A stretch of 9,313 nt of DNA from Paraspadella gotoi (GCA_051294375.1 JBJCIZ010001488.1:1-9313), one strand, 5' to 3'; counted from the first letter of the stretch, positions 1 through 7,793 are shown. Numbers and translations: made by a program. Notes: generated by a model not told the origin, from the letters alone.

Positions 1-392
1 ATCAAAAGTAGGCTCGATTCCTATTGCTTTTAAGATTTTTATTTTTATATTAAATGTAAATTCAAGCTGCATTATTTAATTATTAAATAATAAATGCATT
101 ATTATATTTTATAATCTTTATCTTTATGTTATTTATACATATTAATAAAGGATATAGAATAAAACAAGTTATTAGCATTCTACCTCAAACATATCACCTC
201 CTGCCTTTAAATCAGTCCATTGTTTTTGACGTTTTTCTTCTCTTTCTTTTTTGTGTTTTATTTTAGCATGATAATTTTAAAAAAATATATATTTTTTTTA
301 TAAATAATAACAAATAATATTACTATTAAAAGTTGAATATGAGATTGAATTAAAGCACTTATGCTGGACTAAAATCCACCAACCGTTCATCA

Positions 393-464
393 GCGGCTAT
401 TGGTGCTGGAGGCAAGTCATTCGCCTCCCAACTCAAAGGTCTGGGGTTCTAGCCCGGTGGCCGC
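393..464 (+). pseudogene. Degenerate tRNA-like sequence, resembling tRNA-Gly(CCC)
   Basis: The 7-bp acceptor stem GCGGCTA (393-399)/TGGCCGC (458-464) spans 72 nt. T-arm-like CTGGG-GTTCTAG-CCCGG lies at 441-457. The segment TCGCCTCCCA resembles the tRNA-Gly anticodon arm with CCC at 427-429. The D-stem and anticodon stem do not pair, so this is not a functional tRNA. Confidence 0.6.
401..454 (+). promoter_or_regulatory. Internal RNA polymerase III type-2 promoter (A box and B box)
   Basis: A-box-like TGGTGCTGGAGG (401-412) and B-box-like GGTTCTAGCC (445-454; one mismatch to GTTCRANNC), at tRNA-like spacing. Confidence 0.5.
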
Positions 465-1141
465 CTAGCAGTTAAGAGGGACGGGGCGCTTAACCCGCCT
501 GTAACTCGGTGTTACAGCCTGATCCGAAGCTGTCTCTTCACACTCAACTAATATATACCTGTTACTTTATTTGAGTTTAAGTTTTAATTATATATCATAT
601 ATTTTTTATAAAAAAATAATTAATAATCTGTTTTATTTATTTTTTATTATAATTTTTATTTTTTTTTATTTTTTAGAAATTTGCTTTATAAGTAGAACTA
701 CACTTTTGTATCTTTATTTTTAAGAAATAAACCGTTTTAAAGTACTAATTTATTAATATTTTTTTTTAAATTATCTAATTTTTATGTATAATTCAATAAC
801 GAAAAATCGTAAAAACTTGGGAGAGGTCTCAAATTAAAGCTTATGTTTTGTAGATAATGATAGATATATAAACATTTAAATTGTAAGCACGCACACAAAA
901 AAATAATATTTTTTTAAGATTTAACAATTCATAGCTGCTGAACAAAATTAAGAAACTAATACCTATTTACGCCAATAGAAAGCCCAAAGTTTACTCTTGA
1001 GTATTTAGTCTGTTTTATAAATTATTTGACATTATTTTCAAAGTTATAAAGGGAAAAACAAAAAATGTACAATTAAAAAAAAAACAACTACAAGTCATAA
1101 TCATCATCATCATCCCACGTGGACAACAACAACATCAAAAC

Positions 1142-1425
1142 TCACTCATTTTCTCCATCAAACATCACCCCGTGACTCCGCAGCCCCAAAAGACCGGAAC
1201 ATCGCCGTCTTCGAAATCCGGCGCCTCTCCCCCGAAATCCGGCGCGCGTCACGTCTTCGATGCCGATAACGCCAGGGGCGCCGACCGTGAACCGGCGCCC
1301 GTGAGCGTCGGCCCATCGGCGCCGTGATGGAAAAGCACGTCTCGAGGAGGGGAAGGGGGAGGGGGCGGAGGAGACCACCATGGGGACGAGGGGGAGATGG
1401 GGGGCGTGAAGAGGAAGACGGAAGT
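1142..1425 (-). CDS. Candidate exon, Pro/Ser/Arg-rich, unknown product
   Basis: GC-rich island. On the minus strand a pyrimidine tract plus acceptor (TCTTTTCTCTTCCAG|) precedes 1425. One frame is open to TGA at 1144-1142 (DFRLPLHAPH...GENE*). A 13-bp direct repeat CGAAATCCGGCGC (1212, 1233) has a frame-preserving 21-nt offset. No known domain recognised. Confidence 0.3.
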
Positions 1426-1738
1426 CTGGAAGAGAAAAGAGAGAGGGAGTTGTGGTGAAGGGAAATATTAACACATTTGTTAAAACATTTGATCTGTTTT
1501 TAACCATTTAATTCTCGATGGATAAAACTTTATCATTATCAATCGTTTTATTACAATTTGTATTTTATTTTAATAGTGGTGTCGTGGTTTATGTATTATA
1601 TTATTTTCTCATGAAAATTAAATAAATAATTAAAAATAAACAAATAATTCTTATGAGTAAACTCTGCTCTTCGGAAAGAATTTAAATGATGTACAGCAAA
1701 AACCCCGTCGAATAATCGATTCCTTACCATCTACTTAC

Positions 1739-1830
1739 CTTATACATCGCCACGTTTCTTTCCTCTCTCCATATTTCTGATTGGAACTCGCCGCGCTGCA
1801 GCGCCGCCTCGAATGAAAGCTGCAGCCGAG
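1739..1830 (-). other. GC-rich island ending in a consensus splice donor (possible exon, coding status unclear)
   Basis: Minus strand reads ...GGCGATGTATAAG|GTAAGT (donor 1738-1733), with a second G|GTAAGG donor 11 nt further on. The 5' boundary is approximate. Confidence 0.2.
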
Positions 1831-1850
1831 GTAAAAAGTCCACGAGATCT

Positions 1851-1887
1851 GACCAATCCAGTCAAGGAGCGAGGAGCGTCGACCAAT
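1851..1887 (+). promoter_or_regulatory. Paired CCAAT-box-like motifs
   Basis: GACCAAT at 1851 and 1881 (30 bp apart) inside a GC-rich island. A further ATTGG lies at 1780-1784. Confidence 0.25.
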
Positions 1888-2207
1888 GGAACTCCGAATT
1901 CAAAGGGCGTCGTATGAGGAGACGTCCGTCTTTAAGATAAAGAAAATAAACAAAAATAAAACCTTTGAACTTATGGGTCACAATTGAAGGTAGATATCTA
2001 TATTTTTTAATATATTTTAATTTTAACTTTTATATTTTAATATCTTTTACGACTTATTTGATAATATTTTAAAAACAAACTAGTGCGCAAAAAGACATCT
2101 TAATAAATATTCCTAACAGTTCTGAACAGTTATTTGTGGTATGATTCGACGAATTTTTAAACGGTATTTAAACGGAAGTGAGACAGACCAAACTGACTGA
2201 ATGTGTG

Positions 2208-2210
<3 letters not shown>

Positions 2211-2287
<77 letters not shown>
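2211..2287 (+). repeat. (GA)n microsatellite
   Basis: Near-perfect AG dinucleotide run of ~77 bp with a few slips. Confidence 0.95.
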
Positions 2288-2406
2288 GCCGCAGAGTCAA
2301 AGATGACAACAACAATGAGGAAGAGTCAACAAGGAAAGAGATGGAGTTTGGAAAATTGATAGAGAGCGAGGAGGAATAATGGTCGGGAAAATTGGCGGCG
2401 AGAATT

Positions 2407-2878
2407 GAGGGAGAGAGGGAGGGAGGAAGGAAGGATGGAGGAAGGAAGGAAGGAGGAAGGAAGGAGGGAGGAGGAGGGAGGAAGAAGGATGGAGGAAGGA
2501 AGGAGGAGGAGGAGGGAGGGAGGGAGGAAGGAGAAAGGAAGGAGGGAGGAAGAGGGAGGGAGGAGGAAGGAGGGAGGAAGGGGGAGGGAGGAGGGAGGAA
2601 GGGAGGAGAGGGAGGGAGGAAGAAGGAGGGAGGAAGGAAGGAGGGGGGAGGGAGGGAGGAAGGAAGGAGGGAGGGAGGATGGAGGAAGGAGAGAGGGGGA
2701 AGGGAGGAGGAGGGCAGGAAGGAAGGAAGAAGGAGGGAGGAAGGGGGAGGAGAGAGGAAGGGAGGAGAAGGAGGGAGGAAGGAAGGAGGATGGAGGGAGG
2801 GAGGAGGGAGGAAGGGAGGAGGAGGAGGAAGGGAGGGAGGCAGAGAGAGGAAGAGTGGGAGGAAGCGAGCGGGAGAGA
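2407..2878 (+). repeat. G/A polypurine low-complexity tract (GGAGG/GAAGG/GGGAGG units)
   Basis: About 470 bp of almost only G and A, with a recurring GGATGGAGG variant. Confidence 0.9.
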
Positions 2879-2893
2879 CACTGAAACTGAGGA

Positions 2894-2935
<42 letters not shown>
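2894..2935 (+). repeat. (GA)n microsatellite
   Basis: AG dinucleotide run with two interruptions. Confidence 0.9.
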
Positions 2936-2993
2936 TTAGATTTTGAGCAAGGACGAACGGAGGAAGGAATACAGAGAAGGATGAAAAAAGAGT

Positions 2994-3852
2994 GAATTGA
3001 ATAGAATAGAATTGAATACAATAGAATTGAATAGAATTGAATAGAATAGAATTGAATAGAATAGAATGAATGAATAGAATTGAATAGAATAGAATTGAAG
3101 AGAATAGAATTGAAGAGAATAGAATAGAATAGAATACAATTAGATACATAGAATTGAATAACAATAGAAGAATACCAATAGAATTGAATACAATAGAATT
3201 GAATACAATAGAAGTGAATAGAATAGAAGTGAATACAATAGAATTGAATACAATAGAATTGAATACAATAGAAGGAATAGAATAGAAGTGAATAGAATAG
3301 AATTGAATACAATAGAATTGAATGAATGAATAGAATAGAATTGAATAGAATAGAATTGAATAGAAATAGAATTGAATAGAATAGAATTGAAGAGAATAGA
3401 ATAGAAATAGAATACAATAGAATACAATAGACTTGGAATAGAATAGTATTGAATACATAGAATTGAATACAATAGAATTTGAATACAATAGAATTGAATA
3501 CAATAGAAGTTGAATAGAATAGAAGTGAATAGAATAGAAGTGAATACAATAGAATTGAATACAATATAATTTGAATACAATAGAATTGAATACATAGAAT
3601 TGAATACAATAGAATTGAATACAATAGAATTGAATTGAATAAAATTGAATAGAATAGAACTTGAATAGAAAAGAATTGAATAGAATAGAATTGATTACAT
3701 AGATTTGAATAGAATAGAATAGAATTGAATAGAATAGAATACAATAGGAATGAATAGAATAGAATTGATAGAATATATTGAATACAATAGAATTGAATAC
3801 AATAGAATTCAATACAATAGAAGTGGAATAGAAATAGAAGTGAATACAATAG
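2994..3852 (+). repeat. Pentamer-based tandem array (AATAG/AATTG/AATAC; 15-mer GAATTGAATACAATA)
   Basis: About 860 bp of directly visible tandem pentamer variants. Confidence 0.95.
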
Positions 3853-4594
3853 TAGTGTATCAAGATGGATTCAGATTTTCAAAACGTTCACACAAGTGAT
3901 CACACATATATATACTTTTAATTTAAAACACCTTTTATTCGATTGAAATTCTCACATGAAGATCCCGATCGATTTTTATCTGGCTCCTAAAATTATGGCA
4001 AATTAGCTTACGATCGAATTTGTCAGATAACGATGACCCTCTTTATTCGCGTAATTTTAAACCGTTTTATTATTGTAATATAATAAATAATTTGAATATA
4101 TAGTTTTTAGAATAATATATTTTATAAATATAAATAATTTATAGGTAATTATAACTAATATAAATAAGACAAAATAGCAATTAAATGAGATCTTGAATGC
4201 TTCTTTTTCTTACCAAAATGGAGGAATTCAAAGAGATTTTTGCATAAAATAAAATATTAACTATTTTGCTTGTTTAGTTCCTTATTTACATATAAATAAT
4301 AATATAAATTGTATATAAATTGTATAATTCATTCGTTTAAGTTTACTATTATACGTGCTTAATAAATAGGTTAAATATGGAAAAACTTGATAGCAAAGAT
4401 TAAAATAACCAATAAAAGTAAAATTTAAAAAAAAAAAAAATATACTAATATTAATATTTAATAATTAATAATAATAATTAATAAAAAAATTATTTTAAAA
4501 ATTACTGCAAAGAAAGAATTTAAATTATTTAAAATTATTAATGAATATTTTCTATATTTTTTAAAGTAATTTTTTAGTCCAAACAGGTTCCATT

Positions 4595-4732
4595 AGGATT
4601 GTACCCACGTAGGAATACGTGGGAATACGTGGGCGGAATACTGGGTGCAACTTGTATGTGGGCCCAAAATGCTACATGGGTGCAATCCTAGGGCGCAATT
4701 TTATGGGCCCAATAATACGTGGGCACAATCCT
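4595..4732. mobile_element. MITE-like non-autonomous element with inverted ends and internal subrepeats
   Basis: AGGATTGTACCCACGTA (4595-4611) is the reverse complement of TACGTGGGCACAATCCT (4716-4732) at 16/17 positions. The interior is made of degenerate copies of TACGTGGGYRCAA. It is a GC island in extremely AT-rich flanks. True termini may lie ~10 bp further out. Confidence 0.55.
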
Positions 4733-6024
4733 GCTACCACCGTATATACATATAGATAAGTGAAAAGATCCATTCAATATCATAATCAATGATTTAAGTA
4801 TATTATGTTTGAATGATCAGAAAGAAAATTAAATACGATTAATAATATTACTAAATTTGAATAGCAAATACATACATACATTTTTTATATTGGTTGTACC
4901 AATTTCAATAGATTGGACGATTGGATCCTTTTTGTGTTTGAGGCAACATGAACCAGGACTCATTTTTGATATGGATAAATAACTGTCTCTATTTATTTGT
5001 TTAATTTACTGATCATAATCAAAAAACTACTTTCATTTATAAAAGAAAACAGAGAACTTTTGACGAGGGAAAAACTTAACTTCCAAGATTTTAAAGAATT
5101 GCTTTTGTTTTATAAGTTTTTTAAATCAAAACGATGTCAATTAATTATAAAATTAATCGAAAACCTATTGTCCTGTTAATAATGATAGATTGCTTGTTAA
5201 TTCTTCATCAACCAAATTGAAAAAGTGAGTAACAATTATGATTAAAAAACAATATGATTAATATGATAACATTTTAATTGTTAACAACCACGATGAAGGG
5301 CTAACAATTAGTTCGAAAATGTCCATTTTTATGTAAAAACATTATGTCGTTATGTGTTTAACCATTAAAAAGTTATTATTTCGTCTCTAAATCAAACAAC
5401 AAATGAAAATAAATCATACAATGACTAAAAACTAAAAAAAATCCGAGATAAAAAATTTTTTATAATTGAAAAAAAAGTTTGACTATGGATGCTCAAACCC
5501 TCATCATCCTTTAATTATTGGGCTATTAATAGTTATAAATGAACTATAGTACATAGGAAAAATGACTTCTATAATATAATAATAGTTTAATAGAAAGAAG
5601 AAGGGGATAAAAAATTGTAATCAAATCATATCCGTTTAAGCATTTATGTTTTGTATAATATTGTTATTGGTTAAAAAAATTTCATCTTTTATTAAATATT
5701 AATTATATTTATTGTTATTTATCATTTTACTATATAAGATCATATTTTATATTAATTTCTCTTTAAATATATGTTCAGACTGAATTTCAGTACAGCAAAA
5801 CAAAAATAGCGAATTATTTCTAAAATGTTTTCCTATAAAAAACAGAAAAAAACTATTAAACAATCACAACATGCAGCTACTAAAAACTTTATAAAATTAT
5901 TAAGCATTATGAAATTATTAATAAAACATAGAAAATATTATTAATAATACATATGTTATTAAAAAAAAACTAAAAACTCATCGTCAGATTTCACAGGAAA
6001 AGATGCTCTTTTTATGAAAAAATT

Positions 6025-6051
6025 CCGCGAATATCCGCCAGGTTCGCTAGT
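6025..6051 (+). mobile_element. Possible Helitron 3' terminus (degenerate GC hairpin followed by CTAG|T)
   Basis: Imperfect palindrome CCGCGAATATCCGCCA (6025-6040), then 6 nt, then CTAG (6047-6050) and T. This fits the Helitron hairpin + CTRR|T pattern. The 5' end was not located. Confidence 0.3.
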
Positions 6052-6259
6052 ATCTTTTGATTCTTTTTTGACCGGCTTGACTGGTCTTTAACATTAAAAA
6101 GATACGAAATGACGTATTCGTCTCGGGATCTCTTATGTTCGATGCATTAAACTTAAATATTTTTATACGAAAATTATTTATATCTACGTCTGATTAAGTG
6201 TGCAAACGTTTTTTAATGAAACTCTATGTCTGTATATTTTACTTAACTTTTAGGGTCTA

Positions 6260-6418
6260 ACAATAGAATTGATACAAAGAATTGAATACAATAGAATGAA
6301 CAAAATAGAATTGAATACAATAGAATTGAATACAATAGAATTGGGATAGAATTGAATAGAAGAAATTGAATAAAAATAGAATTGTATACATAGAATTGAA
6401 TACAATAGAATTGAATAG
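6260..6418 (+). repeat. Second, shorter AATAG/AATTG/AATAC array
   Basis: Same 15-mer GAATTGAATACAATA and same orientation as 2994-3852. Confidence 0.9.
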
Positions 6419-6479
6419 TGTAGCAATTATAGGAGGCGGGGAGAAATTTTTAAAAATGACCTGTCACTATGATACTTAC

Positions 6480-6635
6480 CTACATCGGAATCCTGAGCCA
6501 AAGGCGGCGCCCCAACCTCACCCTTGGCCGCTTTTTGTACAGCAGCGGCAGCGAGCAGCGGTTGGCGGCGGCAGATTTCTTCGATGTCGTCGGCGAAGGC
6601 GGAAGGGACGATCACCAGATTAGCCTGTTTTTCGC
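6480..6635 (-). CDS. Candidate internal exon (156 bp, phase 1-1), unknown product
   Basis: GC-rich island with acceptor TTTTCAATCAG| and donor G|GTAAGT (6479-6474). The frame is open throughout: EKQANLVIVPSAFADDIEEICRRQPLLAAAAVQKAAKGEVGAPPLAQDSDV. It overlaps listed ORF 6427..6615. Confidence 0.35.
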
Positions 6636-6855
6636 CTGATTGAAAATGTTTTTTAAAAACATAGTTAAAAAGAGAGAAAGGAATATATAAGAAGTATAAC
6701 TTATATTGGGCCTGATACGGACCTTATTCTACATAAGATACAATTCTGGCCTGATTTAAATTTAGATAAAAAAAGTAAAAGGGCCTGATATCGCCTGATT
6801 CTTTCGGAGAGATCCTAAATCAAGATAGATGGAGCGAATAAAAACAAAGCCTGAT
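6623..6855 (+). repeat. Cluster of dispersed GCCTGAT motifs
   Basis: Exact copies at 6634, 6710, 6749, 6783, 6793 and 6849. Near copies at 6623 and 6721. Confidence 0.75.
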
Positions 6856-7334
6856 TAGAGCAGAGATTAGCAACGCAGAGGAATCGAACCTAAAGGCGGA
6901 ATCGGATCAGCGAAGCGAGAAGAAATTACAAAGAACTCTCTCATTGGTCAAACGACCAAATGGCAAAGGGCCCAATGGTCAGCCAGGCATCCATCCGCGG
7001 CAAAGTTGCCCGAGCACGATCCGATTCCATTGTATAATAGCTCTTGTTTTCAATGGCGATTCTTTTGTCTAAAAATTGGGATTTCTAGTTTTTCAAAATA
7101 ATAATAAAAAATTGTATAACTACAAAAGTAATAGAATCATTATCCACCTATCTAACTCTAAAACGCCATATAACCAAATAATTCTCCTAAACATAATAAA
7201 AAAAAACTAACCTCAAAAACTCCCTTAATCCCAGTTGCCGAAAGTAAAATTAGGCCCAATTAAGATTACAAAACAAAATCAAGAGTCAGTCAGGTCATTC
7301 AGGCTGACAATCCGAACAAGAGCAACGAACTTAC

Positions 7335-7377
7335 CTCCGGCCAGGCCACTGTTTGTTGAGCGTCCGAACTTTCTTCT
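7335..7377 (-). CDS. Candidate small exon (43 bp)
   Basis: Weak acceptor TTGATTAG| and strong donor AG|GTAAGT (7334-7329). Reads RRKFGRSTNSGLAG and ends in phase 1. Confidence 0.2.
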
Positions 7378-7397
7378 CTAATCAAGATCGAATTTGT

Positions 7398-7409
7398 GAT
7401 GACGTCATC
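7398..7409. promoter_or_regulatory. CRE/ATF-type palindrome
   Basis: Perfect 12-bp palindrome GATGACGTCATC containing TGACGTCA. Confidence 0.3.
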
Positions 7410-7538
7410 GATTTCATTTCTATTTAATTTTTTTTTATAATTGCGATTGTAGTTTTAATTTTAACTTTTTCAACTCTTTTATCTTTTAACAATTCAATAT
7501 ATCGATAAAATCAACTATAAGCGTTAACCTGTGACAGA

Positions 7539-7598
7539 GAGAGAGAAGAGTTTAAAATTCGAGGACTCGTGTCAAAAGGATTTTAAAGTTTCTCTCTC
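7539..7598 (+). other. 60-nt imperfect inverted repeat / hairpin
   Basis: GAGAGAGAA/TTCTCTCTC (9 bp) plus TTTAAAATTC/GGATTTTAAA (10 bp, one G-U), with a small internal loop and a 17-nt terminal loop. Confidence 0.5.
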
Positions 7599-7661
7599 CG
7601 GCCGATTAATTTTCTTTCGCGATAGCAATTAGCGGATCTCTCTCTCTCTCTCTTTGTAAAC

Positions 7662-7793
7662 ATGGTGAAGAAAAAAGGATCCTCTCGGAAACCTGCTGGG
7701 TCTTTGTGGTTCAAATCTACCTATTACTTTGTAGCTTTAAAAGCCGAAGTCGAGGAAATACAGAGAGAGACTCAAACAAATTTCTCTTACTGA
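7662..7793 (+). CDS. Possible small ORF (43 aa) or first exon, unknown product
   Basis: AAACATGG start context after a (CT)n tract. Translates as MVKKKGSSRKPAGSLWFKSTYYFVALKAEVEEIQRETQTNFSY*. Confidence 0.15.
   Translation: MVKKKGSSRKPAGSLWFKSTYYFVALKAEVEEIQRETQTNFSY

Larger units (their letters stand above)
391..545 (+). mobile_element. tRNA-derived SINE-like / Pol III-type element (tRNA-like head plus structured non-tRNA body)
   Basis: GC-rich island in ~85% AT flanks. It has a tRNA-like head at 393-464 with A and B boxes, followed directly by a ~75-nt body rich in stems. No target-site duplication is evident. The first T4 run downstream is at 582-585. Confidence 0.65.

Noticed and set aside
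340-396. Hammerhead core CTGATGA on the minus strand (393-387)
   Set aside because: No stem II followed by GAAA, and no stems I/III.
393-465. Functional tRNA-Gly gene
   Set aside because: The anticodon stem has two C-C mismatches, the D stem is absent and the T-loop is out of register.
466-538. Canonical HDV-like (theta-type) ribozyme after the tRNA
   Set aside because: P2, a P3-like hairpin and CGAA are present. However, L3 (CTTAACC) cannot form the usual P1.1, and P1 is incomplete and does not start at the tRNA 3' end.
2994-3852. CRISPR-like or telomeric array
   Set aside because: There are no unique spacers and no cas genes. The units are degenerate pentamers, not a telomeric hexamer.
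2157-3863. Long ORFs (568, 507, 194, 184, 159, 151, 86 and 67 aa) on both strands
   Set aside because: These are overlapping frames through simple repeats that happen to lack stops. The translations are pure low-complexity (YSILF, PPSSL, GGRKE).
4997-5179. 60-aa ORF
   Set aside because: TTG start, AT-driven K/L/I/F/N composition and no splice or homology support.
5481-5515. Minus-strand ATGATGA (box C-like) and GGTTTGAGC (B-box-like)
   Set aside because: No box D, terminal stem or A box at a suitable distance.
6366-6623. 85-aa plus-strand ORF
   Set aside because: It starts at a TTG inside the satellite and is antisense to a better exon candidate.
4012-7397. Shared 12-mer GATCGAATTTGT at 4012 and 7386
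   Set aside because: The match does not extend, and a match of this length is expected by chance in 9 kb of AT-rich DNA.
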